NCBI GenBank assembly: GCA_050084515.1
Contig: CM114271.1
Coordinates: forward strand, 48,794,001 to 48,858,000
Source of the DNA: Blasia pusilla
Taxonomy: Eukaryota
DNA: 64,000 bases
Direction: 5' to 3'
A program made the translations under genes and the position numbers. Below the pieces are notes generated by a model that saw only the letters and a list, made by a program, of their open reading frames with translations, did not search any database and was not told the origin of the DNA. This document shows positions 14,001-28,298 of the stretch, in pieces (the first letter of the stretch is position 1; each line of letters begins with the position of its first letter).

Positions 14001-15859
14001 CCACGTGTCATCGTTGAAGAAGTTCTTCAAGGATAATGTGCTTCCTAAAATAAGGAAAGTATTGAGATCCACACCGATAAGAATGAAAGATGAATGTGAG
14101 TTTGAGGTGGAGATCATCTTGCATTCAAGACCTAGGGCCAAAAGTAAAAGAACCTTGTCAAGTGGAAGGACTATCATGTGAAGGAGGTGACTTGGATTTC
14201 ATAGGCCAATTTGGAACATGCTTAAGAGATGTTACAACACTTGAAACAAATGCAAGGAAAGCACATGTGTTATTGCATGGAGATACTAGGGACATGACTT
14301 GTGACCATTGGAGTTTGGGTAGCTCAAAAGCCGCTGTAACCAGAATGTGCTAGTTGTACAATAGAGTGATGCATGGATTTGGAGATTTGATGCATAAGTT
14401 GAAGATTGCAATTTTTGTGATATAATAGAATAGTGATGATTAGTTCTTCATGTGCTGAGGATGTATGTCAAGCAGAGATGCAAGGCATATTTTAGGAGAG
14501 TGATTGGATTTGGATAAGAAATTAGAACGTAACTGAGTATCGTAGGACCAACACTTAAGCTCATCTTAGCTTCGACGAGGCAAATTACTTTGTCTGGGGC
14601 TTCGGGTGATCGTTCTTGTGAAGTTATGAGTAAACTTAGTGATGGGCCTAAGTCATATTCAATAGTGATCCAAAAGTAATACGTCTTGCGGACCTTGTAA
14701 ATAGGTGTTATGAGCAAGTGAAGTCTTAGGTAGCATGCTTATTTATTCACCTTATTAGGATAGCTTAGGTTAGCTTGAGGCAACTGATCGAGGGTTATCT
14801 AAGAAGAGAAGTTAAATGTTTCTAAGTGGTGCATGCCACAACCTAAGACTTAAGCCAAAACAAGAATTGTGGATTAGCTACCAAAACATAATTCCATGTC
14901 AAGGGGTTCTCTTTGCAAAATACTTCACATTAAAAGGTTTGCGTTGATGAGGGAATCAACCTCTCTAAAGAGTGATGAGTGTCGCAACCCTCATAACTAA
15001 ATGCACGCCAATATGGAACATCAAAACTCTAGTGGGCTCACAATAGGATGGAAGCCTATTAGAGTCTCACGAATGAGACATGAGTTGTAGAAGCAAGATG
15101 CGAGCTTTGAGGGGCGTCTCAAATGATGATATTTGTGACCTAGCAGAACAAGACCGAACGTCAAGCAAGACTTGAGAAGAGCTGAAGGCCCACAGGAGTT
15201 GGGCACCAAGGAGATTGCAACTTGACTTGGAACTTGGAGTAAGTGTTTGGAGGTTCTCAATATTTGAGGTCATAAAGGTTAGATCCAAAATGCATTTGGG
15301 ATAAATAAGATAGCGTTGGAAAGCTTGTGAGACGAAAATTCCAATGCACAAAATATCTAGACAAACGCATGAATAGAGATCTAGAAACCATTCCGAAGCT
15401 ATCACCTTGACAATTGGGTTGAGGGTCACAAGGAGCGGCCCAAGAGGACTTTCCTAAAAGTAGGGAGGGGGTAGAGATCTCTAGAATTTTATATAAGGGG
15501 GAGGGTCTCCAAGGGTATTTGGAATCGGAGAGAAATATGTACCTATCTTGAGATTTGGGCCACAATCTGTGATTGCCTCTCCAAACCAATTTCCCAAGAT
15601 TCATAGAAAATGACAGCCATGCCCAAAGTGCAAAAATGAAAAACACGTAAATTTTGTGGGAAAGGCACTCATGCCTTTTTGTGCAAAATTGGTTAAGGAT
15701 TTCATTCAAAAGTTCCTTTTTTAATTGGGAAAAAACTTCGCGTATAAGATATTTTAGCCTTCTAGATTTAGTATCCCAAAGTATAAGCCTAGTACATCTA
15801 GTGCCCAAAAAATTGTTTTAGCTCCTTCAAAGAAACTCTATATGAATGTCATGTCTAAA

Positions 15860-16900
15860 GCTTGTCATACCGTCCCGCATACTTAGCAGAAAACTCAGAG
15901 GACAACTGTTTTGGAAGAGTAAGATTCTTCACACTCAACCATACTTGCTCTCCCACTTGGAATCTCACTTGGCCCTAACTTTTGATAACTTGCTTCACGT
16001 ACTTTAGTTTAGCCTTCACAAGAATCTCTTGTGCTCATTTTTTGCGTTCTTGCATTTCAACTAACAAATTCTCTACCATTGCTTGCCGTGCTTGTGCTCA
16101 TGTAGAACCCTCCAAAAGGGTCAGTTCAAGAGAACCTTTCAGCTCAAGTATATAAGCCAAGAGAAAAGGAGATTCTCTGGTTGCACAATGTTGTGCGATT
16201 TATAACTCTACACAACCTTGCTCAACCAAAAACTTTACCCAATCTCGTTGGTCTGCACTCACATAATTCCTTAGGTTTTTGTTCACGATCAAGTTCACTC
16301 GCTCTGTTGTCCATCTATGTGAGGAAAAAGTTATGCTAAAGCTCAACCTTGTCCTCAACCTTATGAAAAAATGTTTCCATAATGCATTGGTAAAATTTGA
16401 ATCTTGATTTGATACAATGCTCCTAGGTAACCCATGTGATCGCCAACAAGTATCTAGGAAAAGCCAGGAGGCTGCGTAGGCGGTCCTAGAATCTAAAGTC
16501 AAGATGAATCTCACAAACTTGCTAACCAATCAACAATCACATGCAAGTATTGCTTTATATCCCTCAAACTCTTAAAGACTCGTTGTAAAGTCCATGCTTA
16601 TGCTTTGCAAGGGTCCTTATGGAATAAAAAACGGATGAAGCAAGCCTTATTTCTTCTCATAAGAAACTTTGCTTGTTTGGCAGGTCTCAAAAGTCTTCAC
16701 AAAATGGGCCGCATCTTCCTTCATGTTGGGCCAAAAGAATCTCTTAGTCAAGACATCAAAGTTGGATTCCTCCCCTTTATGTCCAACCAAGAGCCCATCA
16801 TGACATTCCATCAACACCTTATTCTAAAGCTTCTCAATGTGTTACATGATGTGAACACATTGAAAGTTATCTTGTTCAGTTGCAAAGGTAGTCCACAAAT
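15860..16900 (-). mobile_element. Decayed Ty3/gypsy integrase fragment
   Basis: ORF 16200-16529 reads HGLPRSIVSNQDSNFT...TERVN...LRNYVSADQRDW, a typical gypsy integrase core; an upstream ECHD zinc-binding remnant is present; frameshifts and stops occur. Confidence 0.85.
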
Positions 16901-17977
16901 GAAGAACGGCCAATGAAGTAACCTCTAAGATACGGGAATAAAATAAGAAGATGCATGTTTCAATAGTGAGTCTTGAATCTACTAATATACCGTATCCTTC
17001 ACTAAGAAATTGTTCCCTAGTGTGTGCCTCCTCTCTTAAGAGTTTATTTCAATTATGGAAAATGTCAAAGGATTTCCTCCTTTTTACAAGCAACGAATAC
17101 TTAACATCTTGTAAAACATTAAGCTCTGTATTTTATGGATCGACATTCATACTATGGGTTACTTAGCGTTTCTCTTGGGATGCTCTAAGAATTTGTTCAA
17201 CAGATGATGAAGGAAATATCAGAAGTCCACAGGTTGGATTTGGTAGCTCAATCAAGGGAACATACTGAGAGTAGAGTCGATTAATCCTTAGGTTTACTAG
17301 TAAAACATTTCTTACTTTGTGATACAAAAAGTCAAGGTCTACAGAAAGTGGGTCTGCAAGGTTCCACCCAAGAAGTTGACAATCCACAAGGGAGTCAACC
17401 TGAAAATACCTAGTGTGAAAACCATTGTATTTTGTTTTTATACCCAACCTAGAATCAACTATGGACAGAAATTGCAAGTATAACATGTTAACATTTAGTA
17501 TATAACGTATGTAGGCAGGTGTCATGTACACATTGTGGGCCATACACTCGTGCCCACCTAAAAAATGAGCACACACATAAATTTCTCTTGGGGAGGGTAT
17601 GATATAATGAGATATATACCCATTACATAGTGCATATGGCGGGTACGCATCAATTTTTTTATGGCATTTCTCAGCTACCTGTGTTATAGGATATTGCCTC
17701 GTAGTATCCACAATATTTCATTTTCCTAATCAATCCCAAGCAATGTGCTTGCCAGGCTTTGAGTAGATTTTCAATCTGAGGCCAGACATCACGTACATAG
17801 AGGCTACCTTAGTAGATTACCTGAGTGAGAAACTCTTGACACTGCCTTAGCTTGCACTATCATAACCTAACTTTGTCTAGTAGAAATGTAGACCTGGCTC
17901 TAACAAGTCTCCTTGGTTATAGGAAGGTGATTACACAATACTATAGAGAGTCGGCATGCGGCACCGATCCTACACTT

Positions 17978-18700
17978 TGGCACGCATAGTGATGCCATTT
18001 AGAGGGGGCGCCCATGGACGATTACCATGAGTTCTCCCACATATATGCCCAGGATCGAGATTGAGGCATGACGACTCTATTATGACCCACACTTTGTGTC
18101 ATGGACGGAGCCATTTCCATATGAGGAGGAGGAGTCAGGAGAGGCTACTTCCTCTTCCAATAGTGATATTTTAGGAGGGGTCACTCGCACTAGAGCAGTT
18201 GCATCGTCTAGTCAGGTTCGTCCCAGGTTCAATCCCATGGTTGAGTTCTTTGCTGAGTTGAGGGCGAGCTACCAAGGGGTACGAACGGAGAAGTTTCGGA
18301 GCATCCATGAATTCTAGAGGCGCCCAGGTGAGAGTTTGCGTGAGGCTTACACTCGCTTGCGCCGGTTGATCAATGTCACTCAGGGGATGACAGAGGCTTA
18401 GGCTATCCAGTCATGGTATGGGATGCTAGATCGGACCCTGCGGATATGGGTACGGGAGGGGGTGCTCCTTATGAACACCTCCCCTACGTTGAGAGATGTT
18501 TTTAGGACCGCCGAGAACATTGAGCGGAACATGGCGGAGGAGAGCATAGCCACCATGGGTTCTGGGCGAGAGCAATCACGATTGTCTGCACCACCAGTAC
18601 AGCAACGTGGACTCTGAGATAGGTTGACTGTGGCACCATGAGCTCAGGGAGGACACTAGGAGGCCGTGCCACAAAGACCTGCGCCTTCATATGGGGCTTA
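17978..18700 (+). mobile_element. 5' remnant of an LTR retrotransposon: PBS-like site plus decayed gag
   Basis: TGGCACGCATAGTG at 17978 follows ...TACA ctt (LTR end/PBS-like). The downstream frame reads ELRASYQGVRTEKFRSIHEF*RRPGESLREAYTRLRRL, resembling the retrotransposon gag major-homology region, with in-frame stops. Confidence 0.65.
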
Positions 18701-21278
18701 GCAGCAGCCGCCTACGATTACTTTCATAGTGGCCTAGGTAGGTGTATGAGCAATGTGCAACGATGTTGTCAACAACAAGAGGTATATATAGGCAGAAATG
18801 AATCCTTATGTATTCGTATTGCTATCAACTTGCATTAGGTGTGTATTGCGTTCTTCACATGTTTTCAAGTGCAGACATGGCTGTAAACATAAATGTCATA
18901 TTCTACACTCAGCCGAGATTGTTATGTTAATATGCACTCAAGCATCAATGTTGAATGTCCCTAAGTTACAAAAATATCTCACTACTAGTTGTCACACTAT
19001 GTTTTCTAAAACAACAGCGTGGGTAGGTACATCATCATTGATTGTGTGAATTAAGAGGAGGTATAATGCCTATGGTAACTACCTCAGGTCGATGGGCTAG
19101 CAACTTTCTCGTGTAAACTGAGCATATTTAGGTGTCTACACTCTTGACGGTAGGATGTTTAGGGCATTCTGGACAATAGACCGGAAATTTTCTAAGTGAC
19201 AACTAAATCTAAAAGCTACAATGCACTTATGATGTGGCACAACCCAATGTTTAATGAGATGACTAGAAGTTGCAAGGGGAAATAAAGCATCATACTCAAA
19301 CTCTGGAAGATGCAGATATGTATACATTGCTCGCCATAAACACTACACCCTTAGAAATGTAGGAATAAGATATGATTATGCGACAGTCTGAAGAAGAAGT
19401 TGTCCATATGAAAACAGCATGTGCTTAGCTAGCTACACCTTGGAATGAAGTGGAGAGGTCATACCTGGCTAATGAAGTTACTCAGGAGCAGATTAAGCTG
19501 AAGAAGCAAACATGATCAACCAAACAAATAAGAAGGTGGATAAACAGGGTCTCTATATACATACTTGATAGATGAGTACCCTATTGCCTTATCACCTCAG
19601 CACTATGCAGTACACAGAACATTGTATGCACAATTAGAGCAAGGCTACATGCTTGAAGATAAATTCTGGCCGTACATACCACGTTTCTTGCTGCCAAACT
19701 CTACTAAAAAAATTAAGAATTAGTAACTATAAAGTGTATCAAAAACTTTGTCAGCAAATGCTTCCACAACATGTTGGCCATATAGTCAATGTCGTGCGAT
19801 GTACACACATGTAGTTGTCACGGAGCAATTGAAAACCATGTACCTCCTCGAATTACTCTTGCTTGCACACTTTCAGGCTTACATAGGTGTTGATTGGGAT
19901 GTTGTAGAAACTAACTAGGTAATATTGATTCTTACCTACTGCGCTCAAGCACCAAGTGGAACTACGGATGACTGAAGAACTTTGGAAACTACTGGCAAGA
20001 GGCAATCGTATTTTCATCACATATATGCAGAGTGTCACATGCAAGTGTGCCACACAGGGGGGCATGAGCGAGCACATGCACAGATAGCAATACGCGCCAC
20101 TACAAGATAGCCACGCGAATGGGAAAAAAAAGTGACAACTACAAGAATGAGCAGAGCTCGTCACCTTGACACAAGCAACATCAACATAGCATATGGGTTG
20201 CAAATGGATGAAGAAGTGTGGTGAGGTAGAGGAGGTTGAACTGGTTTTCCTCACCTGAGAAAGCAGCAAGCAGAGAGACAATAGAGACAAGAAAGGAAGT
20301 AACTATCACGATTGAAATTGACAAGAAAACTTTCCAGCACCACCGGGTACATAACCACCGGAGAATTGCTACCAAGGACAATTGTGTGACAAACGTTGGA
20401 AATAAGAGAATAGAGCCCGTGATGGATTTGAACCTAATTTGATGCAAGCTAATGGATTTCTTTCAAGACATTGAACCTCCATTGGGCATAATAACGTGCA
20501 TATTGGCTACTGAAAGGGAATCTACTTCTTTGTGAATAGGAAGAGACTGGCGAGCTTAAGGCAAAAGAATTTAGGGTCGTGAGTTGCAAAAAATGGTGCA
20601 ATGAATTCAGGGCCAAGAACTGCAAATGTGCAAGGCGATAGGGAATCTTTTCAATTGTTTGTCTGAGCCAGATATTGAAATTGTCTAGCCATCAAAACCT
20701 TACATGCTGAAAGTCTAACAGAAGCCGTCCCAAAGCTCCCGCAATGAAGTGAGGTAAGACACAAGGGATAATGGAGGATGAATAAATAAATGTGTCACTG
20801 AAATTTCCTCGCCGCCGACATTTACACTGTGCAGGTCTGATCAATAGAAAATGCATGGTGCATAGTGCAACAAGAGACCTAGTAGCAGAAAAGCATCACG
20901 GCAAAGATAGGGCGCACGAAGGAGAAGGAAATCTTTCCTCAGTTCTTGAGAACGCGCCTGTGCATAAGATACTGCAAGAGCCCACACTTGAATGTGATGA
21001 ATGACGCGCCTGCACAACCATTGTGCCAGGCTGAGCCCAAGTAGGAAATCCAAGAACATCCCGATACCAACCCCAATTCACAAGATGATGGAAGTGGAAG
21101 CACGTAGTGAGCGGGCACACAAAAGCTCTTTGAATTAGTAAGTGCATAGAAAGAAATATTTTTCTTTCTCCTCATATGTATGATAAGATTCACTCCAAAT
21201 TTAGACGATACAATCCGAGAAAAGCTAGTAGAGCAACATCGAGTCCGCTAATAGCTCGAAAAAGGAAATGATGCACTT

Positions 21279-22520
21279 GATAAAAACGGGTGATGGAAAA
21301 CCCATTGGAAGTACAAAAGAGGGGGACTCAAAGAGTCAAAACCTGAAGGCCACAACAAGACCAGAAAAGGAAGAAGGGGGCATTCCCCCCCTGACGACAA
21401 AACTCACCAACAGCAGAGACAATATCAGCAACAACAAGAGAGCTATGACTACTACTAAGTGGGCCTCTAGTGCCCGCGTCTCCCACAACCTGAGCCCGCC
21501 GCAAAAGCCCATTAGCCTGGGCGCGCTGCAATGCTATGGAGACCCGCTGCCTACAATAGAGAATTGCAGTAGCTAAGGACAACCCATTTCTCGATTGGAG
21601 ATGATGGGCGCAGTCCGTAAGGAACGAGTCAAACCTCTCCCCCATAGCCCCATACATCTCTATGGCCAGGGGGATGAAGATGTGTCCCTCGTGAAGTCGA
21701 GTGTAGATATGTGTCTTCTTCGCCGCCGCCGCTCCTTGTAGCATTCGCCCTTAGGCCACCACTTGGGCTCGCACTGCCTCCCGCGTAGGATCTGTAACTA
21801 CCACGTCCGCCACCACCACCTCAACTTCTCGTGTCATATAAAGATCAGCTCGAATAAGGGAATCCCGCATGGAGTAGTGCCTCTCTCTCTGCACATGGAA
21901 GCCACTCTCCCGAGCAATACTGAACATGATATCCCGCACTGAATGGTGAGTGGCTATCCTCTCACCCCCAACTGGACAGCGTGCCAAATGCACACCAAGT
22001 GGATCCAGGCTCCGGTGACACTCGCAGTGTGTCGAACCAACCACCGATGGTTAGGGAAGGCCCAAGCGGAACCGCATCGCTGTGGTATAGGTAAGTGGTG
22101 CGATACAAAAAGCCGGGAGAAGGGGGCGCGCCCCTATCCATGAGTCTGCCCCCTTTGCGGAGCAAGAGCGAATACGGGCCCTAACCTCCATGGGGATATT
22201 CTCGTCAGATATAGTGCCTCTAAAAACTGCCTCAAAGTGGACTTCCATCAAGGAAGATTTGAGCCCAGACTGACCGGAGGTAACTAAGGAGGAGAAAGTG
22301 GGGAGAACGGCTCTGGCCTCAACACGAAAGGAATCTCTACAAGCTGTGAGTGAAGACTGAAGTGGGAAAGAGCCATCCTCAACCTGGGAGACGTAGCGTA
22401 GAAGGAACGATCTATCTCTAACCAAAAATCGGGAGCAAAGGAGGGATGCCACTGTGACCCAACTCCCTAAAAAAGCGAAGGGCACCACTAACTCATTCGA
22501 GAGAAGACCTAATCCACCAA
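21279..22520 (-). mobile_element. CRE-clade non-LTR retrotransposon, 3' portion (RT thumb, CCHC finger, restriction-like endonuclease), 5'-truncated pseudogene
   Basis: FGGLG thumb motif at ~22510, CECHRSLDPLGVHLARC zinc finger, RADL...VADVVVTDP nuclease motif and FIPLAIEMYG...QRVSIALQRAQA tail; one frameshift and a stop at 21751; a 3' UTR stem-loop ATGGGTTTTCCAT. Confidence 0.85.
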
Positions 22521-24273
22521 AAAAAAACCGCCAAGAAGACTATCTACAAGCTAATAACTCGAATGATCAAAAGAGGTAAGGGCATCACATATGCTTGATA
22601 GGCCAGAGCTTCCACGCTCCTACTCTACCAAGCTTACCCACTGCTTACGTAAGCTAATAGTAATTATTAATGCCGCTCCACATCTCCAAGTTGTGAGCCG
22701 CATCCCGCGCCAATCTAACGGCCACAACACTTACACGCATGCTTGAGTGTAGTATGGTTGCCTATCCAGAGTGGGTGGTTCTCCAAGTGGACGTGGAGAA
22801 CGCCTTCAACTCAGTATCTCGGGCTACTATATTCACAGAGTTGAGGGACGCGGGTGGCCCCATGGCGAGCCTCATTCCCTTTGTGGCTTTTTATGGGGCC
22901 CTTCGCCCCTATTTCCACCATTCGAGGAGGAGGTCACGGTCTTGGAGTTGACTCGTCAGGGTGAAGGTGGGCGTTGTTTGGTGGTAAGCGGTTCTTTCTA
23001 CGGTGGAGGGATGAAAGTGGGGATGATACTCATATTGTTGGTCCTGGAGATCTGGTTGTCGAGCAAAAGACAGTTGGCGTGTCGGGCCTGGCGGTGAAGG
23101 TGGGGAAGTGCAAGGCTTGGTCTCCATTAGGCCTACGTGATGATCTACATTTACCCGACGGAGTGACCGTCGGAGGGAAGTCTTGGGAGTAAGGACTTTG
23201 TATCATCGGCTCTTACCGAGGATCTTCTCCACGTTGATGATCTTACGAGGATTGGTGACCCTCAAGTCGCTTCGGCATTCTCTCTTCTTGTTTTGCTCAG
23301 AGACCTGGTTACCTCACTAGAAGGACATCTAGTCACCTTTCTTCCCTATATAGATCCTTTGATAGGAACCAAAGAGTGCCCCATGGGGAGTTAAGAGAGA
23401 CGGGCCTCTTGGCCGATTTCTTTTGGTGGAGGAGGGTTAGTGGCGCTTTTTTAGGAGTTGGGCCATAGTGGCAACTCCCCGATTTTTGGTTAGAGATAGA
23501 AAAGGTCGAGGATGGCTCTTTCCCACTTCAGTCTTCAACACCTTGTAGAGATTCCCTTGAGTTGAGGCCAGAGCCGTTCTCCCCACTTTCTCCTCCTTAG
23601 TTACCTAAGGGCACCATCTTCCTTGATGGAAGCCCACTTTGAGGAGATTTTAGAGCACTCCGGGAAATCCCCATGGAGGTTACCCCGGAAAAAAAACCGC
23701 CAAGAAGCTTGGGCCTATCTACAAGCTAAGTGTCGCGAACCTGGATCCACTTGGTGTGCATTTGGCACGCTGTCGATTGGGGTGAGAGGATAGCCACTCA
23801 CGATGCATCGGGATATCATGTTGCTTGAGTGGCCAGAGAGGCACTTCCACATGGGATTCCCTCATTCGTGCCGATCTCTACTGAGGTGGTTGTACGCTGG
23901 AGTGCGAGTCACGTGAGGCTGAGGTGGTTGTGGCGGACGTGGTAGTCCAGATCCTACGCCGGGAGGCGGATGCGAGCCCAAGTGGTGGCCCAAGGCTTAC
24001 GTAAGCTAATAGAAGAATTATTAATGCCGCCCACATCTTCATCCCCTGCCATAGAGATGTGGGGTGAGCCGCCCATCATCTCCCCGAGAAATGGGTTGTC
24101 CCAATCTAACGGCATAAGCGTTGCGGCGTGCCAGGCTAATGGGACAACACTTAGTAGTAGTCATGCTTGAGTGTTGTTGGTGAGTATGGAATGCCCCCTT
24201 CTTCGCTATGTGTTGTGGCCGTGAGGTTTTGACTTGAGTCCCCTCTTTGTACTTGATGGGTTTTCCATTTAAT
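22521..24273 (+). mobile_element. Scrambled inverted CRE copy including RT core remnants (possible consensus/assembly chimera)
   Basis: RT motifs LQVDVENAFNSVSR, TRQG and DDTHIVGP; 23440-24266 is the reverse complement of 21290-22490 with many short deletions, interleaved with pieces of 22520-22760. Confidence 0.7.
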
Positions 24274-24530
24274 CGAAAGCCATAACCATCTAGGGCAGGA
24301 TTGATTGAGCCATAACCATCCTAGGGCAGGATTTGATTGACCTCGGGTTACAAAGCGGCTTTATTACTTCTTAGTTCCGGCTCGTGTGTGAATAAGCTAG
24401 GTCCGGGGTAATGGAGACAGACGGGATCCAACGTCGCGTTCAGGAAATCTCGGAGCCGGATGTGCCCGGATATCTAGCTCGGATATGTGGCTCAGTGACA
24501 CTTATATCCGCGCAGTCACGGTGAACGTGG
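24274..24530 (+). repeat. Left TIR of MULE
   Basis: CGAAAGCCATAACCATC...CCTCGGGTTAC...TTAGTTCCGGCTCGTGTGTGA...GGAAATCTCGGAGCCGGATG matches the reverse complement of 32690-32872; includes a ~30-bp local duplication. Confidence 0.85.
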
Positions 24531-25478
24531 TTACTACGGCGAGATTTGTGCGAGGCTACTATGACGCGTACCGGTTCGGGACTTGGTCTCGGCCTTTGAG
24601 TACGATGGATCTCTTGGACGCGGTCAGAGTTTGACGCCATTTACCAAAGGACTATATTTTCAACCGAGGCGCCATTTCTATTGCTGCTCCCGATTGCAGA
24701 TCCGTGTTCACTTGCGTCCGAAGGAGGTATGAAACTGGGCGGAAATCAACTATACCGAGGTGAGACGACTCACAATTTATTTGTGTTACATACGATTGAT
24801 TTGATTTTGTATTAGAAATACAAGCTATTTTTGTTTTAATGTACTACTAAGATGGCCAACAATTGAAATGGATTTGATCCGTACTTTATTGTTGTGTGAG
24901 CTAAATGGATTTGATCTATACATTGCGGTATGTTGTGTCAGAGACAACTTGTGTAGCACCAAATCTGAGTAGGAATCATGAGGATTTTGCGTAGCAGTAA
25001 GCAACGAACTACTCTAACCACGAATTGCAAATGTCTGTTTCCAAACACCTTATTTCGTATGGAGAAATGGATAGTGTCAATTCATTAGAAGTACATATCA
25101 CTCTAGGCATTTAGACCGTTTTAATTATTGTGTTGCTCACATGAGTCCTATAAAGTGAAACCAATTGACAAAAGGCTTGTTCTCACACCTATAAGTGCAG
25201 ATTAAAGTAATTTGGATAAATTTGGTCACATGCTTTATGAACCCTGGCCCTCCCCCATTGCAATTATCTCTGAATGTGAATGATGTTGTTCAAAATCTAT
25301 ATGTCAACGCACTCTTGATTTTGAAGTAACGAATTAATAAAATAATCGTTTGTGGATATGTGTTACTAGGTCCTTAAGGTGAACGCTCTTATTATGTGCA
25401 TATGAGAGATTGTCTTAAGATTTGTATCTCAGAAACCCCATTTTTCCATAGTACATAACATGTGATACTTCACTTATC

Positions 25479-28294
25479 ATGTCTAGGTTAATTTCATATT
25501 GTTCTACTCTATCTTGTGATGTTATCCAAAAACCTCAGGCAAGGCCTTTCAACAAGCATGCTCTAACTCACTACGGACCTAAACAAGAAGCCTGGATAGA
25601 GGCATCTCGATTCCCTCATTTCTTATTGGGAGAGGAGCGTTTGAAACATTTCCAAACGCAATTCAAGAAAACCAAGTCAGACGTGAATCATTTTTTGGGC
25701 CCCACTATTTACTATTGGTATGCATATGGCCCACAAGATTGGCGGAAGGCAGTGTGGAAGAATTACCCCTTGAGATATTCTAGAAGAACAATCAGAAGGA
25801 AGGGAGGAAAGGGAGTATGCCTGACATCCATCGTAGACGTCTTGGTTTAGCACAAGGAAGGGGCAGGCAATGTCACTTTGTTGTTATAGCTTCCTATAAT
25901 AGGCCTGGTTGCATGTAAATCCGGTTCCTTCACCCACAACCAAGGTTGTATGTGGACAAAATCCGTGTCCATGGACTTATGTTCGTCCTATGGAAGGACT
26001 TTTCTGCATGGCCCGACCTTTTCCTCCTTTCTCATTCCCCTTACTTGCCTTCGTGTTCCATACTCCCCCGTTTCTTCCTCCCTCCACCTCCACTCCCTCC
26101 TCCCTCATTGATCCTCTCATCCTTGCCTTGCCTTCCATCATGGACTAGAGGTGTGGGTCCCACCTCTTGGAACATGTCCATGGTCATGTCCAGACTTGTC
26201 TGTCCATGTCCGTCCTAAGGAAGGACTTGTCCGCTTTTGTGCAACCATGCTCGCAACACATTGATAAATCTTGTAGCATATGCCATGGTGATTTAGACAG
26301 AACAACTTCAATTGCCAATGTTGAAATTGCTCCCAAGTTGAGCCCCACATGTCGAGACTTTGTGGAGCGTTTGCTGCACGTGAATATAAGCCTGCTCCAT
26401 ATCATGAGGATGCATACCAAATACATTAGAGAAGAAATTGGGGAGAAGTCTACTAGTTCACATACATTAGGGAGAGATGCAATGCTCACTTATCAGGATA
26501 TTTTAAACATTAAAAGTGCCATCAGAAGGCGAGAAGGAGGATATGATGCGATCGTAGTTCAGATGTGGGTCCGAACGCATGAAGACCACCTCCTTTTGTA
26601 CATACCTTTTGACCCCATAGGCATGGAACCATTTGCACTAGTCTTCTCCATCCCATGGATGTTACAAAATCTAGTCAGATTTGGAGATGGAGGGGTGATT
26701 AGCATGGATGCCACACATGGCACCAATACATATGAGGTATGTCATAGTCCCCTGTGTAGCCGAACTCGGTTTCAGGGCCATTATATAAAACTTGTAGCCT
26801 TGCAAGACTAATGGAGTTGTTCAGGAATTTGTGTATATTTTTTATATCTGCCCTGAACCCTTTTGATTTGCAGTTCATATACGTATTTTCTTCAACTCAT
26901 GGCAAGCACTACCGTTATGTTTGTTCGTGGCAATCATCTGATATGGGAACACACTTTGCGCAAATCACCACTTGAGTATTGTCGATATTCCTTTGTTCTG
27001 AGGAAGTGCAAGATACTTTCAATCCAAAGGAGTTGGTAAGTGACTATTTAAAAATCAGCATGTATACCATATGCATGTCATGTCCGTTTTCACATTTGCT
27101 AGCTCTAAGTTTTTTGGTATGGAGACTACAGATCCCGAGCATATGTCTTTGGAGTTAATTCGTAAATATGCAAAAACTAAGGAGCACTTTTTCAAATACT
27201 ATGCTGGATATTGGCACCCAAAATTGTACTCATGGGCGAAAGGATACCGAAATGAAGCCAGGTTTGCACAAGATACCAACGTTGCTATTGAAAGGTGGCA
27301 CGCAACACTCAAGATACATCTTAGAGCAAGCATGCCTACCAAAGGCACAAGAAAGATTATTCGGCTACTACAGATGCTAACTAATGAAATCAAGGATATC
27401 TTTTGGTACATGGCACTTTTGAAGTCTCAAGGGAGGATTCGGAACAAGGCGATCCAAAAAGGTCATGAATACCGCGATACAAAATGCTAAAGCAATTCCA
27501 AATTCGCATGTGAGCTTTTAGAATCATAATGGCACCAAGTATGGGAAGGTGTTGAGTAAATCAAAGCCTGATTTGTGGCATTTGATATGCAACTATGACT
27601 CCAAGAATGCAGTGTGCACTTGCCCACATGCTCAAGAAGGATTCACATGCAAGCATCACGTAAGGCACTCGTTTAGTTCCACAATCCAGCTGCAATAGCT
27701 TGCAATCCATGATGTAGGAAAAATCTGCTATTAAATCTGCTAATTCGGGTGTTCTTGCACATTTTCTCACTTCATCTCCCATTGAAACAAGTGAAGTGTT
27801 TATTGTTGTCTGGGAGCACAGAGGCGGATATTCTTTTATTTCTCAGTACAAAGTTTGGAAGCAAGTGTGGAGGTCTTGAGAGTCTTGCAAATGCCAAAGC
27901 ATTAGCCCTTGCCCCTCGACCAGAAAGCAATGGAATTTACGGAGAGAAAACTAAACCCATATTTCCATATGACCAGGCCAATCAAGATGCTTATGAATTC
28001 GAAAACCCTTTGGAATCTTTGCAAGCTATTGAAAGCATGTGGAATAAATTGTTGTCTATCATCAAAGACACCGACTCAAACCAACTTCTGCAAGACCATA
28101 CTCTACAGCAAGTCACATCCATGTACGAGTCCTTGCTGACTTTGAAGGCAAGGATTGATTGCAATGTTGGAGTGGCTCCAACTCCAATGCAACCAAGGGC
28201 AACCTTCAGTGAAGATAGGCCACTTAACAAGTCTCTAAACACAAGGTGGACTGGGTTGAAGCTTTACACCATAAGTCTCAAAAGCATCCCATGA
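25479..28294 (+). pseudogene. MULE (MuDR-type DDE) transposase with SWIM zinc finger, intron-containing, disrupted
   Basis: GVISMDATHGTN (first catalytic Asp), QDTNVAIERWHATLK (catalytic Glu region) and CTCPHAQEGFTCKH SWIM at 27615-27659 followed by a GTAAGG donor; frameshifts present. Confidence 0.85.
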
Positions 28295-28298
28295 ACAT

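Noticed and set aside
13950-15850. Protein-coding ORFs such as 15257-15808
   Set aside because: No recognisable domain; CpG-depleted decayed repeat DNA.
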